NCBI GenBank assembly: GCA_964626665.1
Contig: CAZVGK010000006.1
Coordinates: forward strand, 1 to 64,000
DNA: 64,000 nt
DNA from: an uncultured Gemmatimonadota bacterium
Lineage (GTDB): Bacteria; SM23-81; DAOVCL01
Direction of reading: 5' to 3'
The notes beneath the pieces are model-generated. The model made no database searches. It was not told the DNA's origin and worked only from the letters and a program-made list of their open reading frames with translations. This document shows positions 19,983 to 30,379 of this stretch, one piece after another (position 1 is the first letter of the stretch; each line of letters begins with the position of its first letter). Made by a program: the position numbers and the translations under genes.

Positions 19983-20099
19983 ACTATCTTGCAATGCCGC
20001 CCCGATTGGCAAAGTGGCACCCCTCTTTGTCTGGTGGCTTGCATTGGTCTCAAGTTTGGCTACATCTCCGCTCCGTGATGGAGCCAGCGCCATTTAGCC

Positions 20100-20137
20100 T
20101 ATCAGCATGTTTGCGAAGTGTCGCAAACATGCTGATA
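20100..20137. repeat. Perfect 17-bp-stem hairpin
   Basis: TATCAGCATGTTTGCGA-AGTG-TCGCAAACATGCTGATA. Confidence 0.7.
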
Positions 20138-20247
20138 TTTGTTGTCATTGACTGCAAAACCAAAATTAAATAAATAAATTGATTTTTAGAAGCTTTCTCA
20201 CAAACCTTTTGTTTAATTTGCGATATGAAATTATCACAATTTTCATA

Positions 20248-21084
20248 CTAACCAATAAATATCCTATCTACATCTACTATCTCCCCAGTTTGGATATCAA
20301 TGAACAAGTCTAAGGTAGAACCCCATTCATCAATAATTGCGCTCCCAACTTTTTTACACAACATATCGTTTATAATGTAAAGGCCGAGAATTCTTATACT
20401 ATCTGGAAGAGAAATAACCTCATCGTTTGCCCTATAATAGTCTATAGCTATTACATTTAGGTCATCGTATGAAAGAACATTCTCGATTTCGCTCAAATTT
20501 AGATACCACCTGTGAATTCCTAAATAATTGACTTTGCCTGTATTTCCCTCGACCTCTGCCAAGATATATGGATAATACAAAGCAGTGTCTCTAAATGTTT
20601 GGCTAAGCATGATATGATACCAGTGCTTATGATGTCCTGCAGCGTATTTTTTTGAGATGAAATCCTCTGTGCCATCCAGCGATATTCCTGTTTGACCTAA
20701 TATGGATATAATGGTTGAATCTGCTTTGTCTTGATCATATGACCAATCGTCAGATGTTCCTCCTCGCCTTAAAAGATAACTTACAAAGTAAGGTTGATCA
20801 TTTGTATCCACCCATACCGTGACCTTGGCTTCATTAGTGGCAGTATATTCATAACCTTCCTTTGTCCATCGAATTCCTGCAACTTTTTGATTAAATGACA
20901 ATGGCGTAACATTTAAAATTCCCGCAAGGCTATCTGCTATCGTATCATACGGATATTTCATAAATGCCACATAGTCAAGTGTCGTAACGGTTGGTGGATT
21001 GTTTCCTGTTGAACTTTTTTTACTGCAGGAAAAATATAAAGACGCCACAAGTAATAATAGGGTTAAACTTAATGTCTTTTTCAT
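20248..21084 (-). CDS. Hypothetical lipoprotein
   Basis: Signal peptide II (MKK...LYFSC) followed by a low-complexity linker; visibly AT-rich. Confidence 0.7.
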   Translation of the reverse strand: MKKTLSLTLLLLVASLYFSCSKKSSTGNNPPTVTTLDYVAFMKYPYDTIADSLAGILNVTPLSFNQKVAGIRWTKEGYEYTATNEAKVTVWVDTNDQPYFVSYLLRRGGTSDDWSYDQDKADSTIISILGQTGISLDGTEDFISKKYAAGHHKHWYHIMLSQTFRDTALYYPYILAEVEGNTGKVNYLGIHRWYLNLSEIENVLSYDDLNVIAIDYYRANDEVISLPDSIRILGLYIINDMLCKKVGSAIIDEWGSTLDLFIDIQTGEIVDVDRIFIG

Positions 21085-21198
21085 TTCTCTATAAGAATCT
21101 ATGAAAAATCTGTTGAGGCTAAGAGATAGCTTTTTGTTTCTTTGATCCAGTTATCCCGACGAATTAGGAATTTCATCCTCCTTACCCAATCCTCAGTC

Positions 21199-22424
21199 TC
21201 AGTTCAAAGTTGGTTCGACGATTCTACCCATAAAGAGTATCGTCCGGGAATGATTTTCTCGAATCACAAATACAAATGGCCGACAACTCGCATTGAAAAC
21301 CCACGGATACCTACAGTGCCGACCACTGAGGTAGCTGCTGCGGCTTCTGTGCCCTCTTCGTTTACCTCCACAAATGTTTTATGCTTTACCCTGCTAATGA
21401 ACAGACCACCTGGTTTATACATTTTAGTAAAATCAGCCTGTTGGGGATCGAAAGCTACTGCCATTCCCAATGCCTTCAAGACATCATTCAATTTTAGCCC
21501 GTATTCGAGGGTGAATTTGGGCAACTGCAAGAGCCCTTCCTGTGGGGAGAAACTGTTTATCCATCGGTTCCAATTCTCCTCATTAAATTCTGCAATCAGC
21601 TCATCGATATTCTTTTGCGGACGGGGAAGAAAAATGGTCATACTGAATTTACCATCGCCATAGGGTAAATCAATGGCCTGAAAATCGGGGGTTTCGAAGT
21701 ATTGAAAATCATTCTCCTGAGCCATCATCTTGCACGGTTTTTGGGAACCATCAGGCAGGGTAAACCAGTCATCTTGCGTCAGGCTTTGGTCAAACTCGTA
21801 AGTCCAGGTGCCCTTGAAATAGATGGCATTAATAAGAAACATAACATCTTCAATATCAATCCTACTCACAATTCGCTTTATTTTCCCATTGGTATTCTCA
21901 TCAACCCAACCATTGATTATGTTTGGAGAGGTTGGGTCGTTAAAGTCCAATCCCCTTACTACAGCACCGAAATATGTCTTACATAGATTGAGGGAATCCT
22001 CTTCAAAAGACCAGTTCTGACGATACCAGATGGAGTTTGCAATCTGAAACTTCACTTTTGGATCGAGTCCGGTTAACAATTCTATCAAGCTCTTGTAGGA
22101 CTCATTCATCTCTTGAATCGTCAAACCAGAAAGCTCAAGGGTTTTCTGCATTGCCTCTTGCGTGCTCCCATTGGCTCCGTTGTAGGTCATCCCCAAGGCC
22201 ATGGAAACGCTCAACGGAGAGATAAAAACATTCTCATCCCTTTCCTCTCTAACAATTTCCTTGAAAAGTTTGAGCCCGAATTTGTTGTCAGACTCAACCA
22301 ACCTTTTTTCCGCCCCAGTCAACTCACGCGGGGGTCTCTTGGTAGACGAAGAGGGATTTTTTGTGCATTGCATAAATCCAGCGCAGATGCAAAGCACGAT
22401 GGTAAGACTTAATATCTTAGACAT
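21199..22424 (-). pseudogene. Serpin (probable lipoprotein) with a 1-nt deletion frameshift near the C-terminus
   Basis: NVFISPLS, LINAIYFKGTW and hinge EEGTEAAAAT; the conserved tail RPFVFVIRE...ILFMGRIVEP lies in another frame after 21283; start at ATG 22424 after AGGAGG. Confidence 0.8.
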
Positions 22425-22534
22425 AATGCACCTCCTCATTTATGGCGAATCTCTCCTCCCATCCTTTCCAGAACCCCTTTGCCCAAAGAAGGATCGATAT
22501 TGCTAACCCGGGTGTGCAAAATTGCTACTATCCT

Positions 22535-22563
22535 AATTTAAACTTTGGCCCTTGGTGTGTCAA
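22535..22563 (-). promoter_or_regulatory. sigma70 promoter of the serpin gene
   Basis: TTGACA-17 nt-TAAATT. Confidence 0.55.
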
Positions 22564-22574
22564 GGGTAAACTTT

Positions 22575-23882
22575 TTACTTTACTATGCGGGAAATATCAT
22601 TGACGGTGACGAAGATCATCAGGCCTATAAGGATGAAAAAGCCTATCTTCTGAAAGATGAGCTTCTGAGTAAGGGTGGGGGGCCTGCCCCGGGCCCCTTC
22701 CCAGAGGAGAAATGTAAATTGACCTCCATCCAGGGGGGGGATGGGGAGGACATTTACCAAAGCCAAATTAAGGCTGATAAAAGCCAATAGGTAGATGAGA
22801 TTAGCAAGTCCATATCTCGCCGATTGACCAGCCATCTGTATGATAAAAACCGGACCTCCAATGAGTTTGGGGGAGATTTGACCGAAGATAAGCTTTTTTA
22901 GGAAGGAGATTATCTCCCAGGTTAAGTTGGCTCCCCAGGATAGGCTATAGGTAAACGAACTCCAGAGGTCCAACCTCACCGTTTCCAAATAGGGGCTTAT
23001 CCCTATTAGACCTACACTCTCCGGCTTTCCTGACTTGTTGATCACCTCTCCAGCTTCAGGCCTGATCCGGGCTTGGAAGCTTTTTCCATCCCTCCTCCAG
23101 GTCACTACGAGCTCCTTACCGGGATTTTGATGGATTATCTCGGCCAGGCCATCCCATTGATCTATCCTCTTGCCTTCCACAGAGGTGATTAGGTCCCCCC
23201 TCTTTAAACCTGCCCTTGCGGCTGGGCTGTTTGGTTTGACCTCTTCAATTTTGGCCTCCCAAAAAGGCCAGAGCAGAGAATCCACGCTTATTCTAAAAGG
23301 TTCAATCTGGAATTCCTTAACCTGTGCAGCCTTTTCCACCTTGATCCTGATGGCTTTTCCTTTGAGCTTAGCAAGCCTCTCATAGACATCATCCCATCTT
23401 CTCACCCCCACGCCGTTAATCTCAAGTATGCGGTCTCCTATCTGCAAACCAGCCACCCTTAGGGGTGATTGGGGTGGAAATCCACCGATTTTGGTAGTAG
23501 AGATGGTTCCCACCCCGTGGCTCCAAGCCAAGATCCAGATGACGACCAAAGCCAGAATAATGTTCATTAAGGGACCGCCGAGAATGACCAGAGCCCTTTG
23601 GGGTACGGATTTGGCCCTGAATTCCCAGGGATGGACCTCCTCAGTAGCTGCCTCCTTGGTCGGTTCCTCTTCTCCAGCCATCTTTACATAGCCGCCAAAG
23701 GGAATGAGGGAGATAGAGTATTCCGTCTCCCCGATTTTTTTCCCGATCAGTTTGGGAGGAAAGCCCAGGGAGAATTTCTCCACCCTTATTCCCACTGCTT
23801 TGGCGGCCAGGAAGTGGCCCGACTCGTGGACAAAGATGAGAACGCCTAATACAAATATAGCGGCCAAGATGGTGATAAGCAT
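22575..23882 (-). CDS. rseP: RIP metalloprotease RseP
   Basis: HESGH zinc motif, two PDZ domains, NVLPIPPLDGG; follows dxr. Confidence 0.95.
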   Translation of the reverse strand: MLITILAAIFVLGVLIFVHESGHFLAAKAVGIRVEKFSLGFPPKLIGKKIGETEYSISLIPFGGYVKMAGEEEPTKEAATEEVHPWEFRAKSVPQRALVILGGPLMNIILALVVIWILAWSHGVGTISTTKIGGFPPQSPLRVAGLQIGDRILEINGVGVRRWDDVYERLAKLKGKAIRIKVEKAAQVKEFQIEPFRISVDSLLWPFWEAKIEEVKPNSPAARAGLKRGDLITSVEGKRIDQWDGLAEIIHQNPGKELVVTWRRDGKSFQARIRPEAGEVINKSGKPESVGLIGISPYLETVRLDLWSSFTYSLSWGANLTWEIISFLKKLIFGQISPKLIGGPVFIIQMAGQSARYGLANLIYLLAFISLNLALVNVLPIPPLDGGQFTFLLWEGARGRPPTLTQKLIFQKIGFFILIGLMIFVTVNDISRIVK

Positions 23883-23883
23883 A

Positions 23884-25050
23884 TCAATCCTTTGTCCTCT
23901 CTTCTATGAAAATCTCCCCTTTCTCCTGGGCCCACTGATGAGCTTCCCATATCTCCTCCCAGTTCGGATGAAGCAAGGGGTTATGTAAGTTCATCACCTT
24001 CTCCACTATGTCGGCTATCTCAGCCAGCTTTATTCTCCCCTTTAAAAAGAACTCCACGGCGATCTCATCCGCCCCGTTAAGCACGGCAGGCATAGTCCCT
24101 CCCCTTTCCAGGGCCCGGTAGGCCAGGTTTAAACAGGGGAAACCCTCCATTGGAGGAAGGTCAAAGCTAAGGCTGCCCACTTTAGCCAGGTCAAGATTGG
24201 GCCTCTCCCTGGGAAAGCGATGAGGCCAAGTAAGGGCATATTGGATGGGAATCTCCATATCAGGAGGTGCTAATTGGGCCATAACGGAGCCATCAACAAA
24301 CTCCACTAAGGAGTGCACTATGGATTGAGGGTGAATGAGGACCTGAATCTGGGAGGGGGGGAGACCAAAGAGCCAGTGAGCCTCGATCACCTCTAACCCT
24401 TTGTTCATTAAAGTTGCCGAATCGATGGTGACCTTTTCACCCATCTCCCAAGTGGGGTGGGAGAGGGCCTTTTTTTTGGTGATCCCTCCCCTGAGGTGGC
24501 CGGGATTCTTCCAGAATGGCCCCCCGGAGGCGGTAAGGATTATCTTCTTTAACTCCTTTTTTCTTCCCGCTTTCAAACATTGATGAATGGCACTATGTTC
24601 GCTGTCCACAGGTATTATCTTCGCCCCATTCCTTTTCGCCTGAGGCATAATTAACTCCCCAGCCATAACCAGGGATTCCTTGTTGGCTAAGGCTACATCC
24701 TTCCCCTTTTCCACTGCCCTCATTGTGGGAAATGCCCCAGCCGAGCCCACCAAGGCGTTTAACACTAAATCCACCTCTGGCCGGGAGACAAGCTCCAAAA
24801 TTCCCTCTAAACCAGGGAGAATTTTTGTTCCATTTGGCGGGTTTTTAAACCGGAGAAAGGATTGGGGGTCGGCTACTACAGCTAATTTGGGCCTATATTT
24901 TTCCACCTGAAGGGAGAGGAGTTCCACATTGTGTTGGCAGCTAAGGCCATAGACATCAAATAAGTCCGGGAACCTTTCGATGACCCTGAGGGATTGTCGG
25001 CCCACTGACCCCGTGGAGCCCAGTATGGCTATCTTTCTTTTTTTTACCAA
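23884..25050 (-). CDS. dxr: 1-deoxy-D-xylulose-5-phosphate reductoisomerase
   Basis: LGSTGSVG, LANKESLV, PVDSEHSAI, LTASGGPF, IDSATLMNKGLEVIEA. Confidence 0.97.
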   Translation of the reverse strand: MVKKRKIAILGSTGSVGRQSLRVIERFPDLFDVYGLSCQHNVELLSLQVEKYRPKLAVVADPQSFLRFKNPPNGTKILPGLEGILELVSRPEVDLVLNALVGSAGAFPTMRAVEKGKDVALANKESLVMAGELIMPQAKRNGAKIIPVDSEHSAIHQCLKAGRKKELKKIILTASGGPFWKNPGHLRGGITKKKALSHPTWEMGEKVTIDSATLMNKGLEVIEAHWLFGLPPSQIQVLIHPQSIVHSLVEFVDGSVMAQLAPPDMEIPIQYALTWPHRFPRERPNLDLAKVGSLSFDLPPMEGFPCLNLAYRALERGGTMPAVLNGADEIAVEFFLKGRIKLAEIADIVEKVMNLHNPLLHPNWEEIWEAHQWAQEKGEIFIEERTKD

Positions 25051-25099
25051 GAGCTTCCTTTTATTTTGCCTTTCTATAACGGTTTACCAACAATAAGTT

Positions 25100-25267
25100 G
25101 GGCCTAAAGGCACTTAACCCACACTAAAGTGCGGTAGAACAGTAGAAAACCTACCACGGACTTACCCGGAACAACACAGAGTTTTCTACCCGGCTTTAGC
25201 CGGGGTTCCTGGGCTTTAGCCTTACATAGGCCCTAAAGGCCCTTAACTCACATAAAGCGCGTTAGAA
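25100..25267 (-). repeat. Inverted, diverged copy (about 1.3 units) of the 146-bp composite repeat found at 45083-45394
   Basis: Reverse complement carries TTAAGGGCCTTTAGG, GGCTAAAGCCC, CCGGCTAAAGCCGGGTAGAAAACTCTGTGTTG and TTCTACCGCACTTTAGTG. Confidence 0.8.
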
Positions 25268-25517
25268 GTTGAAGATTGCTTCGGCTTGCCACTTCGCTGC
25301 CGCTCAGAGCAAGCTACGCTCGTTGTGGATGTTATCATCCACAACGAGAACCCCTTCGTCAGGGGAGGAGCCCTACCAGCACGGGCAGATCACTTAAAAT
25401 GGCTTCAATCTCTTTTTGTTTGCAGTTTTTTCGTAACCCGTTAATTCCCTGGCATCGGTTCTCCGACCGCTTGATAGATCAGAGGGGCAAAAACCTTATC
25501 TTTTAAACTCTTTTTTT

Positions 25518-25545
25518 AAGATAGGTTAAAATTCGACCTTGTCAA
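25518..25545 (-). promoter_or_regulatory. Candidate sigma70 promoter upstream of dxr
   Basis: TTGACA-16 nt-TATCTT. Confidence 0.45.
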
Positions 25546-25551
25546 GGGAAT

Positions 25552-25577
25552 AAAAAAGGCTGAGTGGTGCTCAGCCT
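25552..25577 (-). terminator. Intrinsic terminator after nfnB
   Basis: AGGCTGAG-loop-CTCAGCCT followed by a T tract on the minus strand. Confidence 0.75.
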
Positions 25578-25604
25578 CCCTTCTCTGGTCAATAGAATTG
25601 TGGG

Positions 25605-27002
25605 TTACCATTTGCCCGTGCGCACATATTCATCAATCGCCCGGGCTGCCTTCCGGCCAGCCCCCATAGCTGAGATAACCGTCGCTGCCCCGGTGGCCAC
25701 ATCCCCTCCGGCAAAGACCCCTTTCTTGGAGGTTTTTCCGGTCAGCTCATCGGTGACGATGTTCCCATGTCTGCCTGTTTCCAGGCCAGGTGTGGTGGAG
25801 GGGACCAATGGATTGGGGCTGTTGCCGATGGCCACCACAACCGTATCAACCGGGATGCGGAAGTTAGATCTCTCGATGGGGATGGGCCTGCGGCGGCCTG
25901 AGCTGTCGGGTTCACCCAACCTCATCTTGATGCATTCCGCCTCCTTGACCCAGCCGTTGGCGTCAGAGTAATAGCCAACAGGGTTGGTGAGGAAATGGAA
26001 CTCCACCCCCTCCTCCTCGGCATGGTGGATCTCCTCATTTCTGGCGGGCATCTCCACCCGCGAGCGGCGGTAGATGATCATCGAGTAGTCTGCCCCCAGC
26101 CTGAGGGCGGTGCGAGCCGAATCCATAGCCACATTCCCCCCTCCAATGGTGGCTACCCTTTTGCCCTTCTGGATGGGCGTGTCGTATTGGGGGAAGAGGT
26201 AAGCCTTCATTAGGTTTACCCTGGTGAGGTATTCGTTGGCGGAGTACACCCCATTGAGATTCTCCCCAGGGAGCTGCATAAACCAGGGGAGCCCAGCCCC
26301 AGTGCCCAAGAAGACGGCATTGAACTCCTCCAGCAGTTCATCTACCGTTTTGGTGGTGCCCACGACGAAGTTCTTCACCAGCTTAACCCCCATCTTACAA
26401 AGGTTTTCTACCTCCCTACCCACAATAAGCTTGGGAAGCCTGAACTCCGGTATGCCATAGACCAGCACCCCACCGGCCTCGTGGAGGGCCTCGAAGAGCG
26501 TTACCTCGTGGCCCATCTGGATCAAATCTCCGGCCACAGTGAGCCCAGCAGGGCCCGCCCCCACCACGGCAATTCTCTTTCCTGTCCTCCGTTTTCTCTG
26601 CGGTAACTCCGGAACCCCGTGGGCCGCCTCCCAATCCGCAGCGAACCTTTCCAGCCTCCCAATACCTACGGGTTGCAATTTTTTGCCTAAGATACAGAGC
26701 TTCTCGCACTGCTCCTCTTGGGGACAGACCCTTCCGCAGATCGCAGGGAGGACATTCTTCTCCTTCAACCTACGAATTGCCCCGGGGAAGTCCCCTTTGG
26801 CGATGAAGCCAATGAACCCGGGGATGTCAATCTCTACCGGACACCCCGTGATACAGGTGGGTTTGGGGCATTGCAGGCAGCGCTGCGCCTCAAGGATGGC
26901 CTCCTCCTCAGAATAACCGTAGGGAACCTCCTGGAAGTTCTTGATCCGTTCCTGGGGAGGTTGCTCCCTCATCTTGGTTTTGGTGGGAGAGATCTTGGCC
27001 AT
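25605..27002 (-). CDS. nfnB: NfnB/SudA (GltD-like FAD/4Fe-4S subunit)
   Basis: RCLQC..CITGCPV, ICGRVCPQE.QCE, GAGPAG, GGGNVAMD, YRR; coupled to an NfnA-like gene. Confidence 0.88.
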   Translation of the reverse strand: MAKISPTKTKMREQPPQERIKNFQEVPYGYSEEEAILEAQRCLQCPKPTCITGCPVEIDIPGFIGFIAKGDFPGAIRRLKEKNVLPAICGRVCPQEEQCEKLCILGKKLQPVGIGRLERFAADWEAAHGVPELPQRKRRTGKRIAVVGAGPAGLTVAGDLIQMGHEVTLFEALHEAGGVLVYGIPEFRLPKLIVGREVENLCKMGVKLVKNFVVGTTKTVDELLEEFNAVFLGTGAGLPWFMQLPGENLNGVYSANEYLTRVNLMKAYLFPQYDTPIQKGKRVATIGGGNVAMDSARTALRLGADYSMIIYRRSRVEMPARNEEIHHAEEEGVEFHFLTNPVGYYSDANGWVKEAECIKMRLGEPDSSGRRRPIPIERSNFRIPVDTVVVAIGNSPNPLVPSTTPGLETGRHGNIVTDELTGKTSKKGVFAGGDVATGAATVISAMGAGRKAARAIDEYVRTGKW

Positions 27003-27003
27003 T

Positions 27004-27816
27004 TTACCTTTCCGCAGAGAGGGTTTCCTGGAGATAATAGGCGCGACGGCGGGTCCGCAGCAGCTCCCAGTTTACCTGGTGGCCATCAAAATTCGGCCCA
27101 TCGACACAGGCAAAGAGGGTTTTCCCCCCTACCTCTACTCGACAGGCCCCACACATCCCCGTCCCATCAACCATAACGGTGTTGAGGCCGACGATCGTCT
27201 TTACCCCAAAGGGCCTTGTTGCCTCGGAAACAGCGCTGAGCATAAAGGTGCACCCCATAACAATGACCAGATCCACCTTCTCCCCCTTTTGGAGCAACTC
27301 GGCCAAATGGGAGGCGGAATGTCCCCTCTTCCCCCGGGAGCCATCCGCGGTGGAGATGATCAGCTCATCGCTCCATTGGCTTAGCCTATCCTCCCAGTAG
27401 AGGAGGAAGCTGCTCCGGGCCTCAATCATAGCGGTGACCCTGTTTCCCGCCAACTTAAATGCCTTGGCCAGTGGGTAGATGCTCCCTATGCCGTAGCACC
27501 CGCCCGCTAAGACAACCCGGCCTAAGCCCTGGGGCTCTAATGGTTTGCCCAGCGGGCCGACGAATGTGGGAACCTCGTCCCCAGCCACCAACTTGGCCAA
27601 CTTTGCCGTAGAGGTGCCCACCTGGAGGAAGAAGCAGGTGACCGTTCCCTCCTGGGGGTTCCAATCGGCCACGGTGAGGGGAACCCTCTCCCCGCTCTCG
27701 TCTGGGCGGATGATGACAAACTGGCCGGGCTTTAGCTTGGAGGCGATGAGCGGCGCGGAGATCTCCAGAAGATGGATGTTGGGGACGATCATCTCCCTGC
27801 GCACTATCTTATTCAT
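27004..27816 (-). CDS. nfnA: NfnA/SudB (FAD/NAD-binding 2Fe-2S subunit)
   Basis: PGQFVI, ERVPLT, GPLG, MVDGTGMCGACRV...ACVDGP. Confidence 0.88.
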   Translation of the reverse strand: MNKIVRREMIVPNIHLLEISAPLIASKLKPGQFVIIRPDESGERVPLTVADWNPQEGTVTCFFLQVGTSTAKLAKLVAGDEVPTFVGPLGKPLEPQGLGRVVLAGGCYGIGSIYPLAKAFKLAGNRVTAMIEARSSFLLYWEDRLSQWSDELIISTADGSRGKRGHSASHLAELLQKGEKVDLVIVMGCTFMLSAVSEATRPFGVKTIVGLNTVMVDGTGMCGACRVEVGGKTLFACVDGPNFDGHQVNWELLRTRRRAYYLQETLSAER

Positions 27817-30367
27817 CGGGCTCTATCCTCACTGCTAAGCTCCCCTTGTCCAGGAGTAGGTGGATAAACTCCCAGGGATATAAGGTGGAGTGGGGGTTGA
27901 GGGAAAGAATGCCCGGAGAAAGCCCTACCGTTTGTTTGACCACTGTGGTCAACTTCCCCCCCTTAAAGATTAATTTAACCCTGTCCCCATCTGCAATCCC
28001 CATTTTGGCCGCATCTGAACTGTTGATTTCCACCGCTCCCTCCTTCTGGATCAACTCCATTCCCTTTACCCTTTCGCTGAGTGAGCCGCCCCGGTAGTGA
28101 AAGAGCCAGTCCTCGGCGAGGAGGGTAAAGGGATAACCGGGGTGAAAGGATGGTTTTGGCTTAATGTTTAAGGGGTAGAGCTTTCCTATATTGACGGGAA
28201 GCTCTCTGACCACCCCTTTTCCACTGAGCCTTCTGCCAGACAACCCCGCATATCCGGGAACAACCCTACCGATCTCCTCGGTGATCTGGGAGACTCGCTG
28301 GTAGGAAAATCCCTTTGCCCCCATCCTTTGGGCGATCTGGGAGCAGATCCACCAGTCGGGTTGGGCCTTTCCCAATGGTTTGATCCCCCTCTGCAACTTC
28401 TGCACCCTCCCCTCCAAGTTGGTGTAGGTTCCCCTAACCTCGGCAAAGCTGGCCGCGGGGAGCAGGAGATGGGCGAAGTCGGTAACCGCTGAAGGATAAA
28501 GCCCCTGCACCACTATGAAATCGAGCTTTTGCAGGGAGCTTAGGGAGGGCATCTCCCCTATGAGGTAAAGGGCTTTAATCCTTCCGGATGCGATGCCCTC
28601 AATTACCCCCTTGCCCCTCTTCCCGCTCAATTTCATATCCCAGGCCTCCTCGTAGTGAGATCTGGCCTGAGGGTCGGCTAACTTTCCCAGCCCGGGAAGG
28701 TAGCCCGGGGCGAGGCCCATATCACAGGTGCCGAAGAGGTTGGAGGCCCCGAAAAGGGGAAGGATCCCCGCCCGGCCTCCCATCTTCCGCAGGAGCCGCA
28801 CCAGGTTGTAAAGGGCAAGGAGGGGTTCATAATTGATCCCTCCGGATCCGTAGATTACTACCAGGGGTTGGTGCTCTCTGATTAACCTGGCGGCTGCAGT
28901 TATCTCTTTTAGGGAGAGGCTGCTTGCCTTTTGAACCTCTAGGAGGTCAAAGCCTGGGGCGAAGTCCTCTAACCCCTTTTCCCCCTCCCCCAGCAGTTTG
29001 CCTATCCCCAAGAGGAGGGGAACCTCTCCCCCAGGCAAAGGACGCAGGCCAAGGTGGGAGAGCCGGGAGAAGGAGGTCTCCCGGTGATTGATGGTCAGGA
29101 GCTGGGCCCCGTTTTCCAGAGCCTTCTTCACTTCTACTCCAATTACCCCATGGGAGAGGGAAGGATCTGTGCCTAAGATAAGCAGGCAGCCGGCATCCTT
29201 GATCCCTTTTAGATCTGTGCCCCAATCCACCTGGAGAAGCTCACCCCAGTCCGGATGGAGATAAGGGGGGGAAAACTCTATTTGGTTGGAACCCATCACC
29301 CCACGGGCGAACTTCTGGAGAACATAGCCGTCCTCATTGGTGCAGTTTGGGGAGGAGATGAGGGCAAATTCCTCTCCCTGATGGGAGGAGAATCGAGCGG
29401 CAACTTCCCCAATGGCCTGATCCCAGCCAATCTCTACCCATCTGCCCTGCTTCTTCATCAGGGGGACCTGCAGTCTGTCCGCGGCATACACCATCTCCAC
29501 AATGCCGAAACGGCCTTTGAGACAGGCCTGCCCTTGGTTGATCCCTCCCTCCGCGGGCTTGGCGCGGATGATCCTCTCTCCCTTGATTTCTAAGCTAAGG
29601 GAACAGCCTAAGGAGCAGTAGGGACAGATCGTGGAAACCTTGTGGTCGGCTGTCCCCTCCCACATAGTGTGTCGCTCGGTTAGCGCTCCGGTGGGACAGA
29701 CATCCACACAGGCCCCGCAGAACTGGCAGCCGGATTCGAGAAGGTTACGGCCGAAGGCCGTGCCTACCAGGGCCTCATTTCCCTTGTGGATAAAGGCCAA
29801 AGCCCCCAACCCCCGCACTTCCTGGCAGGTCCGCACACAGCGCCCACAGAGGATACAGAGGTTGTAGTCCCTCCCAAGGAAGGGGTCGTCCGCTACGGGG
29901 AGGCCCCGGTAGGCGATGGGGAAACCGACCTCTGTAACCCCTAAGTAATCCACCAACTTCTGCAGATCACACCGGTTGTTCTGCGGACAGAACTGACATC
30001 CCGTGGTTATCCCTGATTTGCGGGTGGTGGTCTGGTAGATGGGGCACTCCTCTTTATATTCGCAGACCAGACAGGTATAAGGATGCTCGGAGAGGATTAG
30101 CCGGAGGATATCCCGCCGATACTCCTGAATTTTGGGGGTCTCGGTCTGGATCACCATCCCCGGGACAGCGGGGGTGGTGCAGGCCGTGGGGGTGCCCCTC
30201 ATCCCCTCAATCTCCACTATGCAGAGTCGACAGGCCCCATAGGGGGGAAGCCCGGGATAGTGACAGAGGGTGGGAATATAGATCCCAGCCCTTTGGGCCG
30301 CCTCCAAGACGGTATCCCCCTTGTTTGCCTTGACTTCTTGGCCGTTTATGGAGAGGGAAATTTTCAA
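27809..30367 (-). CDS. NuoG/FdhA-like Fe-S protein with a molybdopterin-oxidoreductase fold lacking the Mo/W-ligating Cys/Sec
   Basis: N-terminal 2Fe-2S and 4Fe-4S motifs, CPYCSLGC..CLKG; the FDH loop DHCARLCH is replaced by EFSPPYLH. Confidence 0.8.
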   Translation of the reverse strand: MKISLSINGQEVKANKGDTVLEAAQRAGIYIPTLCHYPGLPPYGACRLCIVEIEGMRGTPTACTTPAVPGMVIQTETPKIQEYRRDILRLILSEHPYTCLVCEYKEECPIYQTTTRKSGITTGCQFCPQNNRCDLQKLVDYLGVTEVGFPIAYRGLPVADDPFLGRDYNLCILCGRCVRTCQEVRGLGALAFIHKGNEALVGTAFGRNLLESGCQFCGACVDVCPTGALTERHTMWEGTADHKVSTICPYCSLGCSLSLEIKGERIIRAKPAEGGINQGQACLKGRFGIVEMVYAADRLQVPLMKKQGRWVEIGWDQAIGEVAARFSSHQGEEFALISSPNCTNEDGYVLQKFARGVMGSNQIEFSPPYLHPDWGELLQVDWGTDLKGIKDAGCLLILGTDPSLSHGVIGVEVKKALENGAQLLTINHRETSFSRLSHLGLRPLPGGEVPLLLGIGKLLGEGEKGLEDFAPGFDLLEVQKASSLSLKEITAAARLIREHQPLVVIYGSGGINYEPLLALYNLVRLLRKMGGRAGILPLFGASNLFGTCDMGLAPGYLPGLGKLADPQARSHYEEAWDMKLSGKRGKGVIEGIASGRIKALYLIGEMPSLSSLQKLDFIVVQGLYPSAVTDFAHLLLPAASFAEVRGTYTNLEGRVQKLQRGIKPLGKAQPDWWICSQIAQRMGAKGFSYQRVSQITEEIGRVVPGYAGLSGRRLSGKGVVRELPVNIGKLYPLNIKPKPSFHPGYPFTLLAEDWLFHYRGGSLSERVKGMELIQKEGAVEINSSDAAKMGIADGDRVKLIFKGGKLTTVVKQTVGLSPGILSLNPHSTLYPWEFIHLLLDKGSLAVRIEPDE

Positions 30368-30379
30368 CGCTTTGTATCC

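Noticed and set aside
25605-27002. Glutamate synthase small subunit (gltD)
   Set aside because: Coupled to an nfnA-like gene with no canonical gltB adjacent; Nfn/Sud fits better
27809-30367. Formate dehydrogenase, or selenoprotein
   Set aside because: No Cys or TGA at the metal-ligand position
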